Source: Camelus dromedarius
Lineage: Eukaryota
Length of the DNA: 64,000 nucleotides
Reading direction: 5' to 3'
Assembly: GCF_036321535.1 (NCBI RefSeq)
Contig: NC_087437.1
Coordinates: forward strand, 24,616,001-24,680,000
Shown here: positions 52,468-63,900 of the stretch, in pieces
How positions within the stretch are numbered: position 1 is the stretch's first letter
How the letters are laid out: each line of letters opens with the position of its first letter
The notes under the pieces: generated by a model
What the model was told of the DNA's origin: nothing
The model's database searches: none
What the model saw: the letters and a program-made list of their open reading frames with translations, nothing else
Program-made: the position numbers and the translations under genes

Positions 52468-52673
52468 GAGTTTGCCGTCTCTATCTGCTGGTTTTGCATC
52501 CACGTTGTCAACCAACCATGGATCAAAATCCACAGATGTGAAACCTATGGATGTGGAGGGCCAACTGTACTGGTTGTACTACACCATTTTATATAAGGGA
52601 CTTGAGCATCCTTGAGTTTTGGAATGGGTGGGAGCTCCTGGAACAAATCCCACCAGATACCAAGGGATGACTG
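52468..52673. mobile_element. MER2B-like Tigger (TcMar) fossil
   Basis: ggatgtggagggccaactgtac...ttttatataagggacttgagcatcc...gataccaagggatgactgta; TA flanks. Confidence 0.8.
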
Positions 52674-53059
52674 TATGTGTAGAGAATAATTTCAGTGGCT
52701 AGTTTGCATTTGTTCTTTCCATGAATTCATTACATTTTTTATAAAGATACATGTCTGTTGAAAAAGAAGACTGAATTTCAGTTGAAAACTATGGAATGTG
52801 ATAAAAAGTTTCCATGTTATGATTATCTATCTATAACTGTCTCTCTCTATCTATGTATCTCTCACAAAAAAGTATCTGTTTCGGTATCCATGTCTGTGCC
52901 AATGCTTATGTTTATACCTACATATATATGATTTTATATCAAAAGAAAGAACCTGTGGTTTCTTAGTTAATTCATAAAGAATAGAACATTGAAACTGAAA
53001 GAAAGTCTATTACACACATTAATCCAGTCTCTGGTCTCCATTGTAGATCTAAATCTGTC

Positions 53060-53172
53060 ATTCTAAAGCTTTCTGACCATAAGGTTCATCTGAGACTTTA
53101 CGTTCAGGAATCTGTATTTTAATAAGCTCCTAAGGTGATTCTTATGGATCAAGGATGTTTGGGAAGCATTGA
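53060..53172. mobile_element. MER5-like hAT fragment
   Basis: caggaatctgtatttt-aataagctcctaaggtgattcttatg...gtttgggaagcattg. Confidence 0.65.
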
Positions 53173-55858
53173 AATCAATGAGTTAGTGTATATATAAATT
53201 ATTCTCCTTTTAGAAGAAAAATAACTCTATTAAATTAATATATTCTGTTAAGGTTTTTTGATATGAATTTAGAGTTAACTCTAAATTTAGTATTTTGAAA
53301 CTCTATCTTTAGTATTTTATAATTCAGAAGAGTCCAAAGCCCATTGAAAAGTCATAAAAAATAAATCTTTTTGACTCACTTTCAAGGTTTTTAAAAATAC
53401 ATAAAAGATATAGTCCATGTCATTTGTGAAAGTAGATTTTTTGATTTTGACAGATTGAATTAAGAAAGCATATACTCTTAACACAATCATTGGTGTGAAA
53501 TATATCTCACTCGTTTGCCATTTGTCTTGATGTTGGCATCTGTATGTTCAGAGTTAGGGGGCTCCAGGACCAGAATATTTGGTCTATATCTATGAACCAT
53601 GTAGGGGGACTTCAACTATTCTGCTGAAAAAAAAAAAATGCAGAACAAGGGAGAGACTACAATGAGCTGGTTACTTTAAAAAAAAAACCAAAACAACAGA
53701 TTCAGTAATTATTTCTGTCTTTAGCTTAAGGGTTCACCAAATGTTTACAATCACTTGTTTGACAAGCTAGATTTTTGCATATTCCTCTAGTTCAGGAGTC
53801 AAAACCACATGCTACTTATAGCAATGGATTTTTCTAGGGTACCACATTATCATATTCATGTCACAGGAATTGTTTACATGGGAGCAAAATGCTCTAGCAT
53901 CAGAACAAATCAGTCACATTTCAGAGTTCAGATTTCCATATGCTTCCTTGGCATAATAAAGAAGAAAAATTCTGATGTTGTATAATACACTTTAATTAAA
54001 AACAAAACTTTTCTACAAATCATGTAAGTTGTGGAGTAGCGCAGACAAATGTACCATTTTGCTATATCATAAACATTTATCATCATTTAGTGGAAATAAG
54101 AATAGAAGCCACAATGCAGGTATTGTGTACTTTTTCACCTCTGAAAATATCAATTTATTTTAATCAATTAAAATAGGGTTTGGCGTGGATTAGGTCTTAA
54201 GAGTTGTGCTCTGTCAGACTGCATCAGGAGAAATTGAGCTATGTTGTCTAGGTGATACAGAGATACCTGAAACATTTAATTCTTCAAAAAGTTATGAACT
54301 GAGGTTTTGGTTCTGCTTATTTTTTATGTTTGCAAACTTAGGTTGTTTAGGGTTCCTCTTATCATTAATACAGTTTATACCAATAGTTGATGATTTTGCT
54401 ATTATTTAAAAGCTTAATTCACAGTTGTTTTGATGCCTTTCAATGAAGAAAGGTCAGCAGTAGTACATATAACTAAGAAAATTTCAAAATAGGATCCTGA
54501 CTACGATAGGGAAATAGTCAATATGCATGTGAAACATAGAGTTCCACTTTATGTGATGAGTGATTTAATGTACACGTTGCTTCTTTTTGGAAAAAAGGCA
54601 TTTGAATTATTCAGAAATACCCAGAATAACTAAGTTATTTATAAACATTTTTTCAAAATATGCTCTGGCACTAAGGTGAAAGAAATAATAAAATCAATGT
54701 GTTTTTTTAAGTGGAAGTTTCATCCTTAAATTACTAAGTGACTATTGGAATACTTCTTATATGCAAATAAAACATGACTGAGTTAAATCATCTGAACCTA
54801 GGATTTGCTATTGTCATCAATTTCCCCAGACCGTTTAGGTTAAAATACTCTTGGATTTTTTTTTTTCACTCTGAAAAAGTAAGTAGTAGAGCTGCTAATT
54901 TCATATAAAAAGGATAAGACTATCTATTTAGATATTTTTAATAGTAATTGCAAATACGTAATAAAAACCAATGTTTCAGATACCACCACCTCCCAATAAT
55001 ATTACGTGTTTTCAAACAGAAAATACAGGATTTTGTACTATACCTCCAAAAGGTAGCCTATGGAGAAATGGCAATTACAGAATGCACAGCTTCCATTTGC
55101 ACGGACGGGTCTTATCTTTGAACCTAGCAGCAGTAAAACTTCATTGTCACTATTAAAGAAGTACACAGGCTTGAATGTGTTTTCAGGGTATCCAGGACCA
55201 AACATAATATAAAGTTTTGTTTTTGTTTTTGTTTTTTGCACTACACTTTGAGTTGCACCTGGAAGTAAATAGCTAACTAGAATAGACTAATGATGTGCTC
55301 AGTGTCGCCAACAGCCATGGAGTAAGTACTTCTCCCTGCCTAGGTTCTCCAGTGAACTCTTATACCACTGGCTTTTAATTCAGGAACACACTCTGAGGAG
55401 CGTGTCCCCTGCTCTTTATTACCTTCCAGGGGCAGCTCCATCAAACTGCATCACTGCCGCTTAGCGCAGCACTTACGCTCCCTAATAAAAAAAAAACAAA
55501 ACAAAACAAAAAAAAACACAAAACACTCCAGGTGCTATGCTGAATGGATTATTATCAACAGAGGATTCCAAAATTTGGTTTATGCCCTGCTCCTGCAAAA
55601 TTCAGGGGAGCCTGAGATGCCAGATGTGTTTTATGAATGCCAACGTGACAACTGAAAAAGATTGGGCCAGGCGCATAAAGATGGTCAGCAGAGAGCAGCG
55701 TTCCATGTTGGTGGCTTAGGAAACCATTTCAGGAGAGACAAAGATGGTTACTAAGCCCCTTTGTGAAAATGGTATGAAAGACGAAATGTTTGGTAAAGAA
55801 GGAAAGAGAAACAGCAATAGAGAGGGAAAGAGAAAGCAAGCCCCCGCATACGAGAAAT

Positions 55859-55885
55859 ACCAACAGGACCAACAGGACCAACAGG
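55859..55885. repeat. (ACCAACAGG)3 tandem repeat
   Basis: Read directly. Confidence 0.92.
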
Positions 55886-56015
55886 ATTGAGGAAATAATC
55901 CCTTAGATGTAGTAGTTAAAGATTTGAGGATCTAAGTACCTTATTCTTCCTAGGAAGAAAACCAAGAACTTAATGGAATAAATGATGGGATTCATAGTTG
56001 CTTCAAGGTTATTTT

Positions 56016-56190
56016 AACATTTTTATTGATTTATAATCATTTTACAATGTTGTGTCAAATTCCAGTGTAGAGCACAATTTTTCAGTTATACATGAACATG
56101 TGTATATTCATTGTCACATTTTTTTCTCTGTGAGCTACCATAAGATCTTGTGTATATTTCCCCGTGCTTTACAGTATAATCTTGTTTATC
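56016..56190 (-). mobile_element. Young L1 3'UTR fragment with perfect 16-bp TSD
   Basis: TSD gcttcaaggttatttt at 56000-56015 and 56191-56206. Confidence 0.92.
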
Positions 56191-56379
56191 GCTTCAAGGT
56201 TATTTTTAAAAAAATATTTTAATACTAGCATAAAATCATCAAAGCCTGGTAGACAAGGCAGTACATAAATATTTAATGATAAATATTAATCTCAAAAATA
56301 GATTTTTGTGTATAAAATGGTTCTTTGCAGCGAAAGACTAAACTCAAACTTGGGGAACAGTGATCCCTTGCCTGCTGCC

Positions 56380-56820
56380 TCTTTTCCTCCCTTCCAGGAT
56401 CCTCTTTTAAGTCTTCCTGCTCTCACATTTATATGTTCTGTTAGCAGTGCATGGTCCTGTTATCCTCCACCCATACTCGCTTTTTCCTCATCTCTGTGGC
56501 TTTGCATATCATCTCTTCTGCACTTGGAATTTCAGTTCCTTTTTGTCTAACGCAAGCCTTATGTTAAGGTTCAGATCAAGGGGTGCCTCCTCTAGGAAGG
56601 CTTCCGTGATGTCCTCACCTCCACTCAGCACATCTGTGTGCACCCTTAATTCTCAGTCCATTTCTCCATTGCATTATGATTGCATTTTTCTGTGTCTTTC
56701 TTCTTAACCAGTCTCTCATTTGTTTGACTACAGAAACTGAGTTGCATGCATCATTAAATTTCATGTTCCTGGAACTTAGTGGCTGTTCAGTAAATAATTT
56801 TGGAAAGAATGAATGACTGA
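56380..56820 (+). mobile_element. L2 3' fragment
   Basis: gcctcctctaggaaggcttcc...ttcagtaaataattttggaaagaatgaatga. Confidence 0.7.
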
Positions 56821-57717
56821 AATGTCTTCAGCCACTTGTACCCCTACCATTAGGAAAAAACCAGCTTAGGTAATTTTATAAAGGAAAATGTTTTGAGTTC
56901 CAGATTTGTAATACTTGTGGGCTTCAATTAAAAGCCTTCAGTTGCTGGCTAGGCAAGGCCAGGGTTAGAAAGATGTTCTTAATAGGCAGGAAAATATTGA
57001 AATGACTATTCTAACAGAACCAAATATGTTGGTACATACTGCAAGGAGTCATTCAGAAATTGTGAATTTCATTTCCTTTAATATCTCTTTAAAAATAGAG
57101 TAGCTTCTGTCATTCATTCATATATTTATTTTTGAGAAATTAAAATGACCCAAGCCCTATCTTAGGCTCTGGGGAGACAAGGCTGGATAAGACACATGTT
57201 TTGTCTCTGAGGGTTCACAGTCTGGTCAAAGGTGATACTATGGCTAGCAGACAATTCTATGGGGATAAAAGATTTTGAGTGAAGAGAATTTCGCCTAGTA
57301 AACATAGAAGAATCTTCAAAGAGAAACAGACAACTTAAATCAAATCTGCAGACTGAACTGGGGTGGGTGAGAGAAGCAGAATGGGAGGAGATGGCAAGCC
57401 AGAAGTTCTCATGAAGCATTAAAGTGGGGAAGCGCTCAGACTCGTGAGATTTATTTTGCTGAGAAGGACTTTCATGGAGGAAAGAGAAGGAAAACAGTGA
57501 ACAAGGCTGCCTGAGATAGAAAACGATGGTACGGGTGGAAGGGTTACACATTTGTCCCCCAGAAGCTTGTGACACTGTCCGGAACTAAGCCTCAGTTTCC
57601 TCACCTGTAAAATGGGTTTAGAGAAGTTATGAGTAAGTGTAAAATCTTTATGCAAAGGTGAAGAATCAGACAATAATTGTATTTTTTTTAACAAATTAAG
57701 ACTGTTTTTAAGCATAC

Positions 57718-57997
57718 TTTAAAAAAAATTGAAGTACAGTCAGTTACAATGTGTCAATGTCTGGTGTACAGCACAATGTCCCAGCCATGTATATGCATAC
57801 ATATATTCATTTTCATTAAAGGTTATTACAAGAGATTGAACATAATTCCCTGTGCTATACAGAGGAAACTTGTTTCTTTCAAAAAATCTATTTTTATATA
57901 TAGTAGCTAACATTTGCAAATCTCAAACTCCCAAATTTATCCCTTCCCACCCTCTGTCCCTGGTAACCATAAGATTGTTTACTATGTCTGCGAGTCT
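57718..57997 (-). mobile_element. L1 3'UTR fragment
   Basis: attgaagtacagtcagttacaatgtgtc...ttccctgtgctatacag...ccctggtaaccataag. Confidence 0.88.
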
Positions 57998-58763
57998 ACA
58001 CACGTGTATTTTTATGCACACAGACTGCGCATGCCCTGGGTGTCATCTGGCTCTGGCTGAGGTGCCCTGACAGGAGACCCTCGGAGGCACCCAGCCCAGG
58101 CAGTGCCTGTTGAGCAAGACTCACTGAGCTCCGAGCACAGCATGGCCTCCACTTCTCCACATTTGTAGCTGGAGGCCTTAACCTTTTATCATTATTAATG
58201 ATGTTTTTATGTTTAATTTAACTGTAAATCACATTAACAGAGTTTTGACTGGTATGTCAGAGGGCTTAAAAACGGAGTTGAAGTCATTCTAAGAGCTGAA
58301 GAATTTGTCAGGTCTGACATGTTTAGTCAAGATGATCCACTCAAGTGTGGAGACGCCGGAGAGCTGGTGCAGGACGGTGTTTAATTTGTTCAGGATTTGA
58401 GGAGTGGAAATAAACTCGTCATCGAGCTTTTGCTCCCCATTAGCAACAGTTAAGAGGATAATTTATGGCTTTTGTTAAGGACATTAACCCAGGCAAAAAT
58501 GCCCCTATAAAGCAACTTATTGTATATTATGCTTAAATTATTTTCTGAAGAATATGATCACATCGGAACATGGCATCATTTAGGGAGCAGTAGTGAAATT
58601 CTATCCTTCCCTTATATCTCATCAACGTATTGTGGTAATGGGACACAGGCGTTCATTTTCCCATCTTTGGCAATCATACCTTTAGGGGACAAAAGTCCCA
58701 TTTGTGAGGTTTTTATTACCAAATAGGTGTTTTTTTTTTTTTTTATTGTAACGCAAGTTCTTG

Positions 58764-59122
58764 TTTTATTTATTTATTTTTTTTAACATTTTTTATTGAT
58801 TTATAATCATTTTACAATGTTGTGTCAAATTCCAGTGTTCAGCACAATTTTTCAGTTATTCATGGACATATACACACTCATTGTCACATTTTTTTCTCTG
58901 TGAGTTATCACAACATTTTGTGTATATTTCCCTGTGCTATACAGTGTAGTCTATTCTACAATTTTGAAATCCCAGTCTATCCCTTCCCACCCTCCACCGC
59001 CCTGGTAACCACAAGTCTGTATTCTCTGTCTGTGAGTCTATTTCTGTCCTTTATTTACACTTTGTTTTTGTTTGTTTGTTTTTGTTTTTGTTTTTGTTTT
59101 TTAGATTCCACATATGAGCGAT
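58764..59122 (-). mobile_element. Young L1 3'UTR fragment
   Basis: Same family as 51011 and 56016, extending to ttagattccacatatgagcgat. Confidence 0.9.
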
Positions 59123-59224
59123 GTTGAAGCAAGAAAAATGGAAAATACCAAAAAACCTACTACTACTGTTAATATTTTGATATATATAGTACTTTTTTTT
59201 TTCACTCTTTTGTATGAGTAATAG

Positions 59225-59570
59225 TAGTCAGGCTATCTCAACTGCTGAAACAGCCTCTAAAATATCAGTGGCTTAACACAATAGTTTATTTTTCATGCTG
59301 GAGGGGACTGCCACGGTAGGGTGATGGTGCACTGGTGCTCTGCTCCATGCAGTCACTCAGGGGAGGCCCGACATGAACACCTGCTCCTCGAGATGCCTGC
59401 CCATCAACCTCTGGCCACAGGGGAGAGAGAGGATGGCAAGAGAGGTGTTTATTCATGTCAGACTACAAAATGCTGACATTTCTGCTTACAATAGGAGAGT
59501 CAGTCTACCGATGGGCCCAGTCTGGAGGGGAAGCATTTTTGGTGTGCATATTGTCTCTTTGCCATAGCAA
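59225..59570. mobile_element. MaLR LTR (MLT1J/K-like)
   Basis: aaaatatcagtggcttaacacaata-gtttattt...ctctgctccatgcagtcactcaggg. Confidence 0.7.
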
Positions 59571-59899
59571 ATATGCCTGTAAACAGCTCACCTACTACTA
59601 TACATTCTGTTTACTATACGTTCTATACCTGCAATGTTGTTCATTTACTCAGCTGGTATATCTCAAGCCTCTTTTTTGTTACTTGTATCATCAGTATTTG
59701 ATTGTGCTACAGTTTATTTTACTTGCTAATTTCTTGTGAAACATTTTGGTTATTACCAGTTTTCATGAAGGTGGTGGGCAATACTCTAATAACATTCTTA
59801 AACCTTTGCTTACTAGCCTGGTTGCTTCCTTAAAAAAAAATTCCCAAAGTAGAATTGCTCGGTCAGAGTGTATGTAATTTAAAAAAAAAATGCTTTTGA

Positions 59900-60022
59900 G
59901 GGGGAGGGTATAGCTCAGTGGCAGAGTGCTTGCTTAGCATGCAGGAGGTCCTGGGTTCAATCTACAGTACTTCCCTTGAAATAAAAAAAAAAATAAACCT
60001 AATTACCACCCTCTCCAAAAAC
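59900..60022 (+). mobile_element. tRNA-Ala-derived SINE (Vic-1-like)
   Basis: ggggagggtatagctcagtggcagagtgcttgcttagcatgcaggaggtcctgggttcaatc; A-rich tail; TSD core gcttttga on both sides. Confidence 0.9.
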
Positions 60023-61334
60023 AAGGCTTTTGACACTGCCAAATTTCCCCCAGACATTTCTATTCCTACCATCAGTGAGTGTACCAGCGATGACATTTTC
60101 CTCTTGCAGCCTGTAGGTGGAAGCTGAAAATTGCACTTACAGTATCCTTTTTATTTTGGTGTGAATTAAAGAATCAATCACCAAGTACTTATCAAGCATC
60201 TACTAAGTGACTGGCTTGTGTTATAGGGATTTCAGGAAAAGTAAGTAAAGTTGTTTTTATTGGGAAAGAGTACTCTATTCTGTATATTTATCACTAAAAG
60301 GAGGTTTTGGTTTCCCATCTCTTCCTAACTCTGATGCTTTGGTTTTTACTGTGGCTGGAGAAGGGAGGAGGGGGAGTAGGGGGGTTTCTTAAAATTATAA
60401 AGGAGGAGGCACCTACACTATAACAAATTCAAATGAAAAAGTACAGTGCTTAAGTTTATCCTTATTGTGATAATGAGCTCAAAATGATTTCTGGGTACAG
60501 GTGGCCAAAAGCCCCAAAATTAGGGAAAGGCCACAGAAATCCAGCGAATGTATACAGAGGATCTCAGAATCACACCTCAGCTTTGGCTTCATGCATTTCT
60601 TGGGAAAAAAAGGATATGTAATTACATACTGTTGTAGTTATCAATCCCTGTGGCCAGTGGTAGCTAATGACAACCCTAAATTTTAATTTAAGGACATTTT
60701 TAAAGAGGATGTAAAAATTGAGGCACTTCGTGAGCTTTCTTTTTCTCATTATTTTGATGATCATTTTCTAAGTAGCTAATGATCCTTATAAGCTCATTTT
60801 AAAAGATAATGTTTAGATATACCCTGCAACCACATAGATTGATTTTATTTCAATGATAATTACCATCTTTTCTTTCATTATTTAAAATTATATTGGATTT
60901 AACTTTTATTTTAAAGTTGTGATTTTCTCAGATTTAGATTTGTTGCTATGTTTATGTATATATTAAATGGAAATAATTTATTATGAAATTCATTAATTAG
61001 ATTCTTATTTTTCTATTGTAAACTATTGAAGTTTTTAGTGAAATTAAGACCTGTATCTTCCTGAGATGTAGTGTCTATGGAAATACGATTTCCACAAAAT
61101 GGAAATATGGTCTTTGTCAGTAGATACATGAGTTGTAGGTATGTATGTATGTACTTCTATGATATATAAGCATTTCTATGAACAGATAAATTAATACATG
61201 TTGTATAGAAATCTGAAGCTTTTCAGATAGATACTGTAGTCTCTAAATACACAGAATGGCCCTGAAAAAGTTCAAAGAATACTAGAGTAGATTTCAAAAC
61301 TAATAGGCATTTATGCTTGGAGTAGAGATAATTA

Positions 61335-61646
61335 TAACCGTCCCTGGGTGTCTGTGGGGGAAGCTCCCCAACCCTCAACAGATACCAAAATCCACTGCTG
61401 TTTAAGTCGTTTATATAGAACAGCGTAGTATTTGCATATAATCTATGCACATACTCCCATGTACTTTAAATCATCTCTAGATTACTTATAATGCCTAATA
61501 CATTGTGAATGCCATGCAGATAGCTGTTGGTATATGGCAAATTCAAGTTTTGGGTTTTGGAACTTTCTGGAATTTGTTTTTTCCTGAATATTTTCTGTCC
61601 TTGGTTGAATTCGAGATGAGGAACCATAGATACAGAGGGCTGACTC
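61335..61646. mobile_element. MER2 (Tigger-family) DNA transposon fossil
   Basis: gataccaaaatcca...gtagtatttgcatataa...tactttaaatcatctctagattacttataat...gatacagagggctgact. Confidence 0.88.
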
Positions 61647-62289
61647 TATAAACAACAACAACAAACAAGTCAATCACATGAAAAAGCAAATCCCATTCCT
61701 TTAAATATACCTAAACCAAAATTCTCAGTGTCAAAATTTGTCTCACCACGACTTGTTAGCTTCAAAAACTTTTCTTTTGAACTTATACTTACCTGAGTCC
61801 ACTAACTCAATTAATTCATCAAGTATGCATTGTGTGTAAGATACATAGTTCACTTTCCTTACGACTTCACAGTCTACTGGGGGAGATACAAAACAGAGAA
61901 CCATGATTCAAAATAAGTGCTCTTGTAGAGGGAAGTCCTGGATTCTCTGGGAACACAAGAAAAAGACCGACTCTAGAGTACTAAAGAAAGGTTCCTGAAT
62001 AAAAAGATCAGAGGACAGAGATTGTTTTATGTTTGCATCGACACCAGTTGTATTTTGAAACATTTGCTAATTTGTCAGTTTTGAAAGTTTCTAAGTGAGT
62101 TATCACCATTGCTAAAGACTCTTCTGATCATTCAAAGAGGAACACGTCTAGCAGTTTAAGTTTCTGAGTAAGTGCTATAAAAAGTACTAGAAGGCAGTGT
62201 GCTATGAACCATAGTGGTGCACGTGGCTTGTCTTCTGGCCTCCATGATTACTGATGTTACTATTTCAGACAACACTGTCTGCAAATCTT

Positions 62290-62397
62290 TTTTTTTAAAT
62301 AGATTTATTTATTTACTAATGGGGGTACTGGGGATTGAACCCACGACCTCGTGAATACTAAGCAGTCACTCTACTGCTGAGCTATACCCTCCCTCCC
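62290..62397 (-). mobile_element. tRNA-Ala-derived SINE (Vic-1-like)
   Basis: ggtactggggattgaaccca...ctgagctataccctccc; TSD gcaaatctt at 62281 and 62398. Confidence 0.9.
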
Positions 62398-63399
62398 GCA
62401 AATCTTATTAAAGTGTACACATCCTAAACTTAGGGAAAACTTACACCGCATGACTATTAATGATTACGATGATGTATGGGAAGTTTTAATTGTTTATAGT
62501 CAATCCTATAATTTTACAAGTGATCAAATTCAAGCCCAAATAGACTTGAAACAACATAGGTCAAGGGGGATTTGAGGAACTTGAATCAGACTGAGAGAAC
62601 ATCAAAAAGGGCCAGAGAATCTGTAACTTAGGGTCGGAGTTGCCCGAGGTCAGGAAGAGGGAGGTTCTCTGTAAAAGGCTCCCAACAGCTGGGTTGTAAA
62701 AGGTACAGCTGGAGCAGTTGGAGGGGAGATTGGAAAGGTCTGAAACTGCAGAAGAATGAGGGTGAAATGAGATGTGACTTGCTCAGGACAATAAAAGAAA
62801 GGCAGGAACAGCTGCAGGGTTTGGATCTGAGATGCACGGCAAACCCAGTGTGCAGACAAGGCTTAAATGAACAGTGATGGGAAATGTATATGTATGTATG
62901 TGTGTATATATATATATCTGAAGATGCAGAAAACAAATACTTAGGAAAAACTAATATGCTTAGAAAGTTCTGAGCAATGCACTGGAGGAATGAGGATTAA
63001 AGGGCAGGAAGAATTGAATCGACAGATATTTTGATGCTGCTTTTGAGTTAGTAATACACTGTAACTACCATGTGAAGGAATACTTGGAACTCTACACTGG
63101 CCACCAAAACCAGTTATGATCTAGGTGAGTTTGGTATATTCCAAGTTCTTAACTGGAGCTTTTAAAACATTCCCCAGTCTATTTATACATGGACTGATAG
63201 GAAATCATTTTAACTTGCTCTACAGTTATTTAAAAATATTAAAACATTTCCATAATTTTGAGGTATTTTTCATTGTAATTGTAATAGGGTACAGTCATCA
63301 ATTAACTTTTTTCCTTCATTATTAACAGTGAACTTTTATGAAATTGCTGCTTGGTGCAAGAACTGTTTTCTATCTTCGGGTCATTAGATTTGCTGATTT

Positions 63400-63900
63400 G
63401 AATTTAAACGGAAAATAGTATTAATCCCCCAAAATACCTTCTCTTCAAATTATGTGGCATTGCCTTTTATCCCCCCTTCTTTTTTGCACTGCATAATACA
63501 GCCTGGCAAAAAGTAAGTGTGATCTTAATTGTTAGACTTGTTTATTCCAGGGAGGAACCAATGGAGCACTTACAGTAATTAACATATTTTCTCTGGTCTT
63601 CTCATTTTGTTAATGATATCTTATTGAAGGCTGTGCAGTAATTACTGCCCACTGAGGTACATACGCCAAAACAAATTAATGGCCAATGACCAATAATGAT
63701 TACACTTGTAATTACCTATTGTGAAGTATAAGCAGAAAAAAAATGAAATTAAAAACAATGTTCTCTGAAGCTAAAATTAAACTGTATTGTTAAACTGTCC
63801 TAAAAATGATATTAACAACTCAACAGAGAAATGATATTTCATGACTTTATCATCATATCATCAGTTGCATGGGTAAGTTACAAGAGATGTTTTTTGCTGT
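63400..63900. promoter_or_regulatory. Candidate homeodomain-bound enhancer
   Basis: Three TAATTA (63576, 63639, 63709), ATTAAT, three CCAAT; repeat-free. Confidence 0.45.

Noticed and set aside
59900..59975. tRNA-Ala-like sequence (also at 19070-19143, 27655-27730, 62320-62395)
   Set aside because: Degenerate stems, SINE tail and TSDs show these are retroposed SINEs, not tRNA genes.
7850..63130. Scattered consensus splice donors (minus: 7850, 10933, 13827, 29344, 34768, 61787; plus: 36220, 38263, 63123)
   Set aside because: They occur on both strands in similar numbers, and I could not chain them into a coherent gene model.
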